The position numbers and the translations under genes were made by a program. The notes beneath the pieces are model-generated. The model was not told the origin of the DNA, ran no database searches, and saw only the letters and a list, made by a program, of their open reading frames with translations. A stretch of 61,902 nucleotides of DNA, filler included, from Platydemus manokwari (taxonomy: Eukaryota): assembly GCA_037951405.1 (NCBI GenBank). It is 6 parts of 6 records of this genome, joined end to end, with 100 filler letters (N's around TTAATTAATTAA, not from the genome) between each part and the next. Parts side by side here need not be neighbours in the genome. Positions count along the whole stretch, not along the records: positions 20,569 to 30,978 come from JBBMOY011135772.1; positions 31,079 to 42,456 come from JBBMOY010721094.1; 4 more parts are not named here. One strand, 5' to 3'. Shown here piece after piece: positions 26,101-40,007 of the stretch (position 1 is the stretch's first letter; each line of letters starts with the position of its first letter).

Positions 26101-28741
26101 ATTATATGGTAATTTCTTTAACAGGGATATAAAAGTTTCAGTTTAAAAGCTTAATGAACATCGATGTTTTAAATAGGCATGTATTGCTGAGGCTGTTGTA
26201 TACACACCAGCAACTTCAGTTAGGTGCGAACTATTATTATTTAGTTGTGACAGTTTGTTAGCAATGTCTTGTATTAGATATTCGGATGACATTGGAAAGA
26301 GAAAATATTTTCGATATTTTTTATTTTTATCGAATATTGATTGAGATTTCTTAAAAGAATAATAATTTTATTAAAATTAAATAATAACCAATTGATAATA
26401 TTTCAAAATTCACTCTAAAAATTAATTTAACCTTACTAGCCATGATATAATATAAAAATTTTTAATTAATTTTAAGAAATTTAGTTATTTTCATTAAGTG
26501 ATATTTTGTTATTTTGAATTTATTAGATTTAATTTATGAAATCATTCTATATATAAGCACATTATCATATAGTTCTTTGCATGTTTCACATGAACTATTT
26601 TATTAAGCACAAATATTGTCATTTATATTGATTTTCAATTTTTACTAACCTTTTTTTCAAAAATTTATTTATTACCATTTGTATTAAGTTTGTTGTTTAA
26701 ATAAATATAATTTTAGGAATGTAACTAGTGACTTTTTGAATTCTAATAAAAATTTAATTAAAAAATGTTAATTGTAATGTACATATTTTGATTTATTTTA
26801 AAGCTCGAGCTGTTCAACTGCAAAAAATGGAATATGATTTGAAAACTGAACAAAGGCTAACGGAGCATTCACTGTCCAGAAAAAATAAAGAATTAAAAGA
26901 AAAACTTAACAGCAAAGATCTTCATATTGATTTATTACACAAAAAGTTGGCATCATACGAGGGAAGACAGCACAATTATGATTCCATTGGGAAGGAAAGA
27001 GATAAAGAATTACTATCAAACAAGAAACTAGCTAAACATAATCAAAAACTACAAGAAGAATTGGATAGTGCTCGCCAAGAAATAATCGATCTGAAAGCTA
27101 CATTGGTGGAAAATGGCAGATTACAGGTGATAAATTTTATCCTAGGTATATTGAAATGGTTTAATAAAAATTATAGAAAATAATAATAAATAAACATTAA
27201 TTATGTTTATATCCACTGTTCTCTGATTAAAAATTATGTTGAACTGTGTACTGAAAATACAAGAATAATTATTAAAATACTAATAAGCGTTATCCATACT
27301 AATTTATAACACGAGAGACTCGACTGCAGTCACTGACTTATAATTATTATGAATATAATATAATTACCAAATTGAATTTATTGCATCATCTAATAAAGTA
27401 TTAAGATATTTAATAGTATATCATTAAATTATTTCCTTTCTTTCATTTTAAATTAGTTAAAATTTACTCATTTCTGGCTCATTTGAATTAATAATTAATA
27501 AACCGAATCCAGATTTGCTCTTAATCCTATACATATCTCCTATAGATTACATCAATAGCTCAAGAACAGGAAATCAAAACATTAATAGCTAAACTAGATC
27601 GACTAGAATTGGTGCGACAAAAACAATCGAAACTTCTCAATGAATACAAAATTGCTCAAACCGACAAAGAGAAAGAACTACAAGGTGCTCAGTTAACTGC
27701 AGATTCTATTATTGCATCATTGAATGATGAATTGAAATTGGTAAAGGAGTCTCTGGACGACTGTAAGAAAAAAGAGCAACAGGTGAAATTCCAGTATTTA
27801 AATTTTATTCTTATCGTTCGACGTCATTGAAATTCCTGAATTTTATTTATTTTTATCATGAAATGTATTCACTTATGCATGGAGATATCAAAAAATTAAT
27901 TATTCATAATAATAATTACTGATTTAGTGAATAATTTGACTATTATTTAATGATATTCATGGCATCTATTAAAATTGTTTATTATTTCTAATAATTCCAA
28001 GAAATTTCGCCTTAGTTAGAACTATGTGAGCTTTAGTCGAACCCAAAAAAATTGAAAGTTTGAAACGATTCCTGTCTAATATTATTATTTTTTGATTTTA
28101 TTAAAATTCTATAGTTGTGAAGATTTTTAATGAATTTTCAATGAGCATTGTATTTGTTAGTAATAAGACTTTTAATAAGGAAGCATTGGTTTACAATAAT
28201 TACGATGTTATTTCTCGTTTTATTTATGACGATGTAAACACATCATGAGATGTTCATTGGTTAATAGCCACTGACAATATCGTAATCGGTAATCACAATG
28301 CAATCGAACAAACATGCATACACATCATACATACAACATTCACATTTCCATTTAGGAATCTCACTTACAGTATTAAAATTATTATTTTTTGAAATACCTT
28401 GCAATATTAAACATAATAATTGACACAATTAATGAGGTCATTATTTAAAAAATAATTACCAGAACATACATCTATTGATCTTTGTTAATCTCGATTTTTG
28501 ATAAAAATAAATTTGATTATTCATTTCTTTTATTGACAATATTTGAGCTTTTTCTATCAGATGATTGAAATGCGAGCTATTGTTGCTAAGTTACTCGGAC
28601 TGGATATCGATGATTTGGCAATTCCTGATTTCGAAATTATCAACAGGTTGGAACGATTAATTGCTGCCCATCAATCAAATGTGTATACGCAATTTTCAGT
28701 TGAATCTACATTGAGAGATCTGAATGAGGGATTATTCCATG
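23136..28741 (+). CDS. CCDC170: CCDC170-like coiled-coil protein, multi-exon; termini uncertain
   Basis: Phase-consistent GT-AG exons: 23136-23392, 24233-24365, 24415-24600, 24690-24892, 24953-25076, 25777-25962, 26015-26108, 26804-27126, 27546-27782, 28561-28741. Motifs recalled from CCDC170: CEQQASRQTITRLV, DIGFDM..ALYARAVQL, LNSKDLHIDLLHKK, LGLDIDDLAIPDFEIINRLERLI. Possible start at about 22771. Possible last exon(s) at about 29860-30240 or 30548-30627. Confidence 0.85.
23495..23675. mobile_element. Decayed pogo/Tigger-like MITE inside a CCDC170-like intron
   Basis: Imperfect inverted ends (CTCCTCTTAACCGCCA versus TGGCAGTTAGGAAGAGG and CAGTTAAGAGG) and an internal direct repeat TTGGAAAAATGTG. 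Confidence 0.5.
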
Positions 28742-30978
28742 GTAATTGTTTAATAGAATAACAAATAATTACTTAATCGACTATATCATTATGGTGAATT
28801 TATATTGGAAATTATAATTCAAAATTTGTTTATTAAATCTGATTGAGATTTCCCCATAATTACTATCAATATAGAGCAATTAGTGGTGGCATGATTAATG
28901 TGTCCATATCGAACCATCAATTAATTATTTGTAATTTTTTAAAATGTTTAAAATAAAAAAAAATTAATTAATGAAAATATGTTTATTGATTTTTAATTCT
29001 TGATATTGTTTATCAAACAAAATTAATATTTCTTTAGCAACAAAATTTTCTTACAATCCCTTATACTTCTCTGATATTTATATTCAAGTCAATAGCTTTT
29101 CATTCGAATATAATGAAAGCTAAATTGTGATAAGAATTCAAATCAATTATTCAGTAAATATCACAATTCCGTTTGAAGTGAAAGGCGTAATATTAGCTGA
29201 GTTCAGATAAATATTTTCATAAACAAGTAACAAAAGTATTGTGAATAATATTACAGTTGTGAATAAACAAATATGTTGTCTTTTCCATGAAAACTTGTTA
29301 ATAATTTCTCAAAACTATGGTGCAATATGCGATTAATTCCAACATTGATAATTAAAATAGTTCTCTGTTAATATTTTCTTATGATAGCAATGATTTATTT
29401 ATCAATATTTCAGTCCCAAAATATTGAATATTAAGGTGAGAATTAATGTTTTAATATTTACCATTTCGATCTTTTGTTCGTTTTGTTTTCGAAATTACTA
29501 ATTAAGTTGTGTCAACAAATTGTTAATACTTTAGCCATTATATGTTCATAGTTATTATTCATAACAAAAATAAGTTCATGAAATCTAAAATGATTTATAT
29601 AATAAAATGAGCTTTAAAAATGTGGACTTTTCGTTTCATTTTATAAATTTTTGTAAAAACATTCAAAGATATTTCGTCACAAATTATCACTCCTCAGGTT
29701 TTAATTACAAACTCGTTATTATTCTTACATGTCCAAATGATAATAAAAAATCTCAAAGTGTCAGTTACGTTATAATTGTGATTAAGATTATTAGTTTACG
29801 GTGTAGTTACTTTCAAATTCTAATCAATATCAAAACCAAAATAATTGTTAAGATTTTAGCTCTAACAGCTGAAAATGAAATTCGAATCGCTTTAAAATTT
29901 ATTCGTCAGTCGACAGAAGTTATTAACGCAGCAACAGAGTGATATCGATAAATTTATATTTGTTAAATATCAAATAATTTGTTTATTAGTCTCAAACAAT
30001 TGTATCTTGTTTATTCTCTACAAAATTTTCTATCAACCAACTTGATCAATTATTATGACTTGTGATAACTTTAACTGAAATTCATATTGACAATAAAATT
30101 TTATTCAATATCAAGTTCAAAATCATTTTAACAATTACACCAATTATATAATCATATTCATTATTCCTCATCTAAGAATTCTGTTTAGCTTTTACAGATA
30201 TTTTTCACTGTGCAAAGGATCCGTAGATTTCACTTAACTCACTAAAACGAAACAAAATAAATTTTAAATATACCAGTTAAAATATGCATTTTTATTGAAC
30301 TGTTTGAAAGAGGTAAGCGTTTTTATCATATTCATTTTCTTTTCGGTTTGTATAGTTGATGAGTATTGTGTGATTTTGTCCATATCTACTTCTCAACATT
30401 CACAACGATAGTTTTCCAAAAATTAAATTATGATTAATTGTTCAATTCATAGCCATAATTATCAATTTTCAGATAACAAAACTAGCTGTTATTTAATATC
30501 GTACTATTTACATTAATAACTATTATTAATAATAATTAATTTTCCAGATCCTTGCGTTTTACTTAGCCATCATTCACATATCATGAACGAAGAGCCAATA
30601 TACTCGAAAAGCAAAACTAATCACTGATTATTCTATAAATCATCAATCGAAAACGTATACGAATACAAGCCTATGATTAAATATGAAAACTCAATTTCTA
30701 TAATGATAACATTATTTCAATGTTTGCAATTACAAAATATGTGATAAGCACAGTGATTATTGAATGTAAAATATTTATAAGTTTAATATACTGAAATATA
30801 TTCTCAGTTTAATATTATTTTAATTTTTTATTTGTTAAATTTATATTTATATTTATAGAATTAGGCTAAAGTTAAAAAAAAGGGTCCTAAAATAAAATTT
30901 CAAAATTGTGGAGTGTATTGCAAAAATCTATATAGATTATTTAATTAAATTCTTTAATAACTTTTTGAATTTTTTATT

Positions 30979-31078
30979 NNNNNNNNNNNNNNNNNNNNNN
31001 NNNNNNNNNNNNNNNNNNNNNNTTAATTAATTAANNNNNNNNNNNNNNNNNNNNNNNNNNNNNNNNNNNNNNNNNNNN
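30979..31078. other. Assembly spacer
   Basis: 44 N + TTAATTAATTAA + 44 N. Confidence 0.97.
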
Positions 31079-31147
31079 CAGCGTTATAACAATTTGTGTT
31101 AATAAAATACCTGCATAAAAACATGAATAACTTTTGACTCAACCTGG
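31079..31147. mobile_element. Tc1/mariner terminal inverted repeat at contig start
   Basis: Ends AATAACTTTTGACTCAACCTGG followed by TA (reverse complement TA-CCAGGTTGAGTCAAAAG), a mariner-type terminus. Confidence 0.55.
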
Positions 31148-31865
31148 TATTTCTTGGTCTTTATTTCGTACTTCCTTTTTACTAATACCTTGTCACCTAT
31201 CTTAAATTTGAGTCACTTAAAGTTGTTGTTTTTATAAATTGAATAATAAAGAAGAATTTTGAAAAAAATAATTATTCTAATTATCAAAACTATTTTATTA
31301 TTTCACGAAATTTTCAATACAATCTCCACTTGCAACACTGACATATTTTGAAAAATAGAATGGAATACATTCAAGAGCAGTATCCTTCTATAAAAAATTA
31401 TATTAAATATTACATACGGGATATAAGAAATACAAACTGCAGTTCTTAGGTTTACTTAAAGTGAAATACCTCTAATTTTGTAGCAATCTTGCTACCCTCT
31501 AAAAATGATTTCGATTCGCATCCGTTCTCTGACAGCACTGAATCTTAAACAATTAAGCATTATAAAGCCACTTTTTGTTATAAAATAGGCTTGTTTAGAC
31601 AATTAATGATACCTGTAGATATCATTGTTAACTTGAATTTATTTCCGCATAGGTTTTCTGTTTAATTAAATACAGATTTTATCGTTACATTAGATTTTCG
31701 GATGTTTCAGTTTCATAAAGCTTTTCAAAACTCACATAAGGATTCAAGATATAGTTCACATTGAGACACCAAACGTTTGTGATAGGAATTTCATTAATAA
31801 AAATATCTCTTCAAATATTTGTATAACCTTTATGTAAGTTGATTTATTAATTTACAACTGATTAG

Positions 31866-32085
31866 CTCTCCTTGTATTTGGATCGGCAAAGAGCCCAAAG
31901 AAAATGAGCTCAATTCCAATTCGACATGCCTGAACTGGATGAGCAGAGACCCGACGGTTTATGGATTGATTTCCGCGCCTATTCCACAGAAATCGCTTTT
32001 GAATGAAAACTACAAGAATTTTCGTTCATGTAGTCAGCAATGTTATATTTTATGTATTCAAACCGAACCTTATGAATTATCGTGA
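31866..32085 (+). CDS. Terminal exon encoding the C-terminal half of an endostatin-like (collagen XV/XVIII NC1) domain
   Basis: After acceptor GATTAG the frame reads SPCIWIGKEPKENELNSNSTCLNWMSRDPTVYGLISAPIPQKSLLNENYKNFRSCSQQCYILCIQTEPYELS*. This fits the endostatin pattern VWHG...YCETW.....G.....LL....SC....VLCIE. GC-richer island; AATAAA downstream (about 32126 and 32198). Confidence 0.7.
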
Positions 32086-35000
32086 CAGCTCTTCACTTAT
32101 TAAATTCATTTTCATATTTGTTTTTAATAAATCTTTTTAATACTTTCAATTCATCCTCGAAATTCTTGATCAACTTTTATCTATAAAGACTTTATTCCAA
32201 TAAATAAATCAATATTTTATTTGCGATACCCAATTTGTTTGCACGATTTTATAAATAAATTTTGATATTTCAATCTATCTGCATTTGGTCTAGGATGTAT
32301 TAGATGTACATGTGTGAGGTTGAATCGTGTTATTAATCGATATGTGCTAAAGATATATAAGATAATATTAATCATTTTATTTAATGTCTTTGGGCCTTGT
32401 TTTTAGGCCAAATGTCTATAAAATATAACGATCAATATTGGATGATATTTCCAGGAGTTGATAAATAGCTTGAATCTTGTCAGTCAGTAAACTGCCAGCT
32501 ATTCTTTATTATCAATTTTTTACCAAACAATCATCAAAGCATATTATTAAGAATAATGATGAACGACAATTGAAATCGTATAATAAAATCAATGCCTTTA
32601 AATCCAGCGACGATTCCAGCGTAAATGAAAAATGGATTGTTCAAGCATTGTTATATAATCTGAGTTCGTTAATGATTCAAGTATAAATGTATTGTCAAGA
32701 AATAATAATGTATCGAGTGATGAATATGTATTTCGATTATGTGAAATGAGCTCATAAATGCGTTGTGAAGTGTTAGCATAGTGAATAATTTGCTGTAAGA
32801 AAATGTTCACAAAACTAAAGAATATGTAATAATTAGTGCATATTATGTTTACCAACTTATGTGTCAACGTCTCAATGGCAACACGTATACGAAATATGCT
32901 TTGTCATTACAACATACATGTTGCCTTAGAAATAGAAAAATAAAGTAGAAAATTAATAAATTATAAGAGCCAATCACAGTCAAGAACAAATGCAAGATAT
33001 TTATAAATGGCCTCTTGTAGTAATTATATAAAGCGAACTTATACGGGATTTTATAGGGTTACTATTCTTTATCTTGTTTTCTGGCGTGTATTATCAAATT
33101 ATGATAATGATTCTAAGACGTGAAAGTTTATAAATAAATATGATTAACTAGCCCACAATGAAATCTAAACAAGGGTTTTGTGTATCCCTATGGTGCCCTG
33201 AAGAAGTTAAACGTCCAATATTTAGAATTATCATCACCCAACTTTAGTGGAAAAAGAAGGTTGAAGAAGTGCTATTTTAGAAAGTATTCAAATATTCCGT
33301 TCTAACGTTGACAGGGTTAATCATTAATTAATAACTCCTTTTCGGCATTGGTGGAATGATCATTATGAGTTTACAGATGTTAAGGTCACATATGGTTGAT
33401 CACGGATAAGGTTCCATTTGAAAAATTCGTAAATGTGTATTGCCATTGCTTATATCCTTTTCTTTTGTTTTCCTATCCCTTTTTGTCCTTGACTGTGATT
33501 GGCTCATATAATTATTTAATTTTCTTTTCCATTTTTCTGTTACCAATTATGTGTGGTTATAGTCAGGTGTTTGTAAATATTTATTGTTTATTTGATATCG
33601 TTTTTGTAAATATTATTTGTTTATTTGATATCACATTTGTAAATATTATTTAACAATTTACTTTTCAATGGAATTTTGATATGACAACATTTCCAATATG
33701 AAATTTTCAACGTGATTTAATGTGATTATCGATTAAAATTATTTTATTTCATAATTTATTTTTGCTATCGAGCTGATGTTTTATCCAAGTATGTAATTTC
33801 CAAGTAATTTCTGGTTTTCAAGTTTGGTTTCCTCCAGAAGAGTTTCTTATCAATTATTTTCTATGTGAATTTCTTGAATTTCTAACTTCAAAGTTATTGA
33901 TTTTTCTCTAACATTATTCTCTATTATATAATAATCCATTTTCTATCGCTGATGCTTTGTTTTGTTCTTCTTAAAACATTGAATGAGAAAAATACTTTCT
34001 GTTTTCTCTTAAAAAAAAATCCTTTCTAATGTACTTTCTGCTAACTGCCTTTGTCTTAAATAAAACCTAATTAAAATGATGGAGTCATTGGGCCAAAGCA
34101 TCATTAAAAAAATCCTGAATATTGTCAAAAGATTGCTGAAGGTTTTGATTTTTAATTTAATTTCTATTTTTTTTATTTTATTGATTATTTTTACCTTCAG
34201 AAGTGGACCTGCAAAAGTAATAAATTAATAAAAAAAATTAACCACAATAATTTACGAACTTCATTATAGAGAAAATAATCTGAACATTTTACTCACGTGA
34301 TAAAGAACAAATACGGCTCATCAATACATCGGTACGAATAACACTTGGTAGAATCTGATGATATCTACAACAATTTATTGTGCATGAGGTCTGATATATG
34401 GTTGGACATTTCCACCAATAACTGACTCTCTACAGTGCTGAATGGTATGTTCCATGCATTAATTAACGTTAATATATAAATAACAATAAGGTAAGACGAA
34501 TAAACTTCATTTCAATGCTGCCAAATACAATAGGATTATTAAAATCGTTATGATTACAGTGTATTTTTAATGAGAGGTTGCAGTGCTCTAATGAGGCGAA
34601 TAAACCAGTGTGATGAAAAAGAGGTTAGTGGACAGGTAGTTTAGAAAGAGGCCAAATGTTAGTTAGTCCGTCAATAATTCTCTTTCTGGTAAATATTATT
34701 GCTTGGTGAATCGTAGTAATTTGAGCCAGAAATTTCTGTGTAATTTTCTGCTACTTTATGTTACTTTAAATACCATTTTTGTGTTGTTTCTGTTCGTGTT
34801 TATTTCTGATTGTTTGTTGTTATTTATTTACTCCCTTTACCTAGTTGTCATCATAACTATGGAATAGTTGTCATGGCAGCATGCAAATGTCCATGGCAGT
34901 TTATATTTATTATGTATATTTACTTATGTGACATGCAATTTTATATTTTGCTTCCGTGATATATTACTTTATTGAAACAAGTTCATTTCAAATGTCAAAT

Positions 35001-36298
35001 TTTGTTATTATGTATTTTATTGGCACAATTTATTAGCAAATTTTGTGACTGTCACCAAATTACAAAATATTTTTCTCTAATCAAATTATATTAAATTATA
35101 GCATTATTTCAAAACAATTTTTCAATTACGAAAAGTTTTTTGAAGCTGCATTGCTCATTATTTTTCTAAGTTAATTGATCTTGATTGGCCTTGATTATTC
35201 TCCAATAGGTGATCATGAATCGAGTATTTTATGATTCGAATTGCTCTTGATCACTTCATTAATAGTTGTTTGAGTGATTTTATGAATCGACACCAATAAT
35301 TACTTCAGATGCGCACATTAAGTGGAATAGTAGTGTCTTACTGCGAGAAATTTCCTAAGTTCAAGTCTCTTATTAATTAATTAATTAAGGCAATGCTTAA
35401 TTACTTTGAAAATCAGCAATATTTACTTTGAGTTACATATGAATTGATTAATCTGTATATTATTATCTATCTTAATATTAACTTGTATACCTTCCTTGCA
35501 TGCTATATATCTCCTTGACTAATTTTTTCTTCAAAATCTCTCCGTCTGGTATAAATTTGATGAAGTAAAACTTTGTTGTTAATTCACGGTGAACAACTTA
35601 TTGTGAAAATGATAGTAGCGAATTTTAGTATCCTCTGGTGTGCTATAGATCTGTCTACAATGATTTATTGTCATTATATTTCCTCTTGAAACGGCACCGT
35701 ATTTCCTTCACTTGCATTTGTTACTATTTTTATTTGTTAGGTCGCTCGGTGGTATTTATTTTTAACTACATTTCCTTCTCTTATTACCACATTTTGCCAT
35801 TCTCGTATTTTTTATTTTCAATCAACTTTTTTATCTGTTTTTAAGCAACTTTTTCATCATTAGGTCTTTTAAACTTAACATTATCATTGTTATTATTGCT
35901 TTTGAACTGTGTTAAGGATTGATTGATAGTCAATTGGGATTGTTTGATAGAATTGCATTAAATTTATCGCCCAATTTTATTTAATAACTTATTAATTATT
36001 TATTTGCATTTCTTATTTATTCATTTAATATGACCACCGACTAATAATTAATAACATGGTATAACATATTTTAGTGTAAATTTATTGTACAGTTTATCGA
36101 AAATAGATTTCGTTGTAACACATTTTTAATATTATTCTCATAATTAAAATAATTACAATACTACTCCAACTTTTATTAAATGTCTCTGTTTTACAAATGT
36201 AATATATTTAGCATATCAAATAATAGCCTAAAACACCAAATCTATATTTTGTTTCACTAATCTAATAAGTTAAAAATAAATATTCCAATTTCAATCTT

Positions 36299-38242
36299 AT
36301 GGCAACAGGAGATGAAACTTTAAAAAAGTTAACTGAAAAGTATTATAATGAATGGAAAGATTCTAATCAAAAATCAAAAACCACAGATGCCCTTCCTAAG
36401 TTTTATCAAGCTGTTAGTTTTTAAAATAATCTTTTTAAGTAATTAGTAATTAACGTAGATTCCCAAAGAAAGTGATATTTTGTTACAAAAATTAAGAGAA
36501 GAAGCAAGGTTTCTCAGTGTATTTAATTCTAATTTATAATTTTATTAGAGCAGTTTTTCTTCAACAAAAGAGTTCTGAGTTATTAGATAATAATGAATTA
36601 CAAGTTAACATTTTTAAATTTTGAACATGTTTGAAATAAATTTATGACAGGAACTTTGGCCGATCCTCGATAAATATTGCACATTACCAACGTGCAATGA
36701 CCAGATGATTGATTTCAATGATTTTATGAAAGCAGGACAAGAAGCTGGCGAAAAGTGCCGGTAATAATACATTAAACTCGCTCTAACAGACAAAAATCAA
36801 ATCAATTTTTTGATATTTTTGGTTTTAGATATAATTAATAATTTTCAAAATATGAAATATAAATTCATTGTTGAAATTATTTGAATGAATTTTATAGGCC
36901 ATATTTTACTGCGACCATCTTTTTCAAGCTGTACAATAAAGATCCTCTTGGACGTATTCCAATTATCACATTTTTCAATTACGTAATGAAAAAGGTTTGG
37001 CTTCATCAGACACGAATAGGGTTATCTTTGTATGATGTTCTCGGCCAAGGATATTTGAAAGAAAGTGACCTTGAAAATTATATCCTCGAATTGATTCCAA
37101 CTCTGCCTCAATTGATAAAGATGGAAAAATCATTTGAATCGTTCTATGTGTGTACAGCAGTGCGAAAGTTTTTCTTTTTCCTTGATCCTATGCGAACAGG
37201 ACGAGTTAAAATTTCTCACATTTTATCTTGCTCATTCCTTGACGATCTTCTGGAGTTAAGAGACGAAGAAATGAATGAGAGAAAGCAGGACACGAATTGG
37301 TTCAGTTCGAAATCAGCATATCGAGTATATGGAACGTATCTACATTTAGATCGTGATCAGAACGGAATGCTCAGCAAAGAAGAACTTGCGAGGTAGTGCT
37401 TTGTTTGCAAATATTTTCTTTGTTTATCGATGTCCAATCGTTGTTTTATGTTTAACCAAATTTGATGTTTTTTCTCTGTGATTTCAGTTAGTGTGCCAGA
37501 TTTGGTTTGTGTGTATCGATCGAGTCGAATTGTTTGTGTGCACGAATGTGGTTTGTGTTTGTTCTGCTGATTGAAATGATGAGTTAGGAATAATCATTGT
37601 ACGCATTCTGGTCGTTAGACGATATATCGATACATATAGGCAATCAAGCTTTTGAATTCTGACCAGATTGCAATTGTTGCAGGTATGAAACCGGCACTCT
37701 AACGCAAGTATTTATCGATCAGGTTTTCCAAACATTGCTCACTTACAACGGTGAAATGGTTAGCAGGACATGATAATGATTATGAATGTCATTTAATTGT
37801 ATCATGGGCAGGATTATAAAACATATCTCGATCTCACTCTTGCGTTGGAGAACAAAGGTGAGCCACAATCTATTCAATTTCTGTTCAGAATTCTAGATAT
37901 CGATGGGAAGGGATATTTGACAGTTTGGGACCTTAATTACTTCTTTCAAGGCATTCAGGATAGATTACGAGAACAGAACGCAGATCCTCAACCATTTAGC
38001 GATATCCAGGATGAGATTTTCGATATGGTGAAGCCTAAAGACCTTTGTAAAATAACATTGGATGATTTGATCGATTGGTGAGATTGAATATTGGTGAACA
38101 CTGTGATGATATTAATGAACATTGATCGTTCAGTGGTAAGGGCGAAACAGTGATCAATATTCTCATTGATTTGAATGGATTTTGGACTTACGAAAACAGA
38201 GAAATCTTGAGTTCCGAAACACCTGACGAACTGGATTCATGA
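36299..38242 (+). CDS. PPP2R3C: PP2A regulatory subunit B'' gamma (EF-hand protein), complete, 8 exons
   Basis: Exons 36299-36412, 36459-36508, 36549-36603, 36651-36760, 36898-37392, 37683-37758, 37812-38077, 38134-38242, all GT-AG and phase-consistent. Highly conserved blocks LLQKLREE.RAVFLQ, KVWLHQTRIGLSLYD, FYVCTAVRKFFFFLDP, DEIFDMVKPKD, ILIDLNGFWTYENRE. Confidence 0.96.
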
Positions 38243-38609
38243 AGAAACTTATTTGATTGGCTGAAATGTGTGCGTGTGTGTTGAAATATATTTGTTTTGT
38301 CGATATCATTGAATTTATTCTATCCAATATATAATTGTTGTCGACAGATTAATATCATGAGTTCCATATTATGTCAATCCCCGACATTTCATCCGACATT
38401 GTCGGTGCTACATTTTATTTTAAAGTTTCGATGGAATGGCATTTACATTTTAACTTCAGATGTATTTTTTGTGTTTCTATGTAAATAAAAGATGAATGAT
38501 AAAATAATCTTTATGAGATAATTCTGAATAAATAAATAATTGCTGACTCCAAAGATAGAAAGTTGGAACCATTATTTCTAACTCTCGTACAAATCAGTAC
38601 AACTCACGA

Positions 38610-38935
38610 AACTTGACTCAGTACGACTCACAAATTTAATACAATGTCTCACAAAACGTAACCAAAACTTGGCTTCCAACTGGCACCTGACGATCTTTAC
38701 ATCGGTATTTATACTGGAGATTTTTCCCATTTTGATTTGGTCTTAACTTTCTCATGTTTCTATTGGGCTTATTGGGTTTTGTATGTGTGAGATTGGTGAT
38801 TCCCTATGTGTTTGTTGTTGCATGGCTACGTCCTTTTTTCCAATTATTGTTTTCCATTTTTCAACTGTGAGTGGTGGATTTCCATGCCTGTGAGGCTGTG
38901 TATCCATGCAAATGTTTAAAGTGCTAAGTCAAGGG
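38610..38935 (-). repeat. Dispersed repeat, copy 2 (inverted relative to 2500-2860)
   Basis: AAAACTTGGCTTCCAACTGG, CTCAGTACGAC and TGCAAATGTTTAAAGTGCT are shared with the reverse complement of 2500-2860. Confidence 0.7.
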
Positions 38936-40007
38936 ATCAAAAATACAAATCCGTTTTCTTTTCCAAGATTTAGTCTTATTCAACAATTTATTTTGAATTT
39001 TCTTTGCGATGACCAATTAATAGCATATACAATTGAGGTTTCGATTAATTGGGTTGAATCATTTCCTCTACTATAATGGAGAAAATATTATCATTTTATT
39101 AAGTTATTAGATTTTAGATGATTCTAATTTATATGAGTCCTATGTTATCATAATCTTTCTTTTTACAACGAAAGTAACAAAATGTCAAATCCAAAACCAA
39201 TAGACCTACTATATCAAGGTGCTATTTAAAGTAAAATATAATTTATCAGAATTTTTAAAAGTACTTTCGCAGAATTCACCATCTAAACATAGAATCGGCT
39301 ACCACTGCATTTCACAATTCTATATTTTCTTTCATATCAATGAGATCTATTTATCATTTTCCCTTCATGAATCAAGATAAACAACAAGGTGTTTAATAGT
39401 TAACTTATTGTATCTACCTTTTGTAGATTGCATGTAGTAAATAAACTAATTAATATCTTCCGTTACTATATCACTTGATTATCAACGTTGTTTTTCTCGG
39501 ATCTTGGTTTGAATTGTGAATACAATAATTAAATAGACTTTATCATTCATAAATCATTAATCAACTTTATAATACATGTAATAATAAAGGGATTTTTTTA
39601 TTTTAGAGTATATGATTTCATAGTATTATTGTGCAATGTTACTTACTGTAAAATACTTTAAGGTGATTTGATATTCTCACTCATTATTTAACACTGTTGT
39701 CAACATGGTATTTGTTTAAATAACATTTAATTTTAGTTAATTTAACCTTCACTAAATTAATATTATTCAACATGTGATAAATAAACCTCGAAAATATTTT
39801 AAAAAATAATCAGTTCATCGTTGTTAATAATAATATTACATGATTATGTATATTCAATGAATGAATATACATTTTTCATAAACAAATTATGTGATTAAAT
39901 GTCAAACTTTTAAATTTAATTTTAAAATCCTTCATATTTTTTATTGAAGTTTTTATATTATACATCTTAATTTTTAAATGTGTTATTTTAGAAATATTAC
40001 CTGAAAA

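Noticed and set aside
35315-35370. tRNA/SINE-like B-box fragments (also about 49470)
   Set aside because: No cloverleaf or A-box; too eroded to call an RNA gene.
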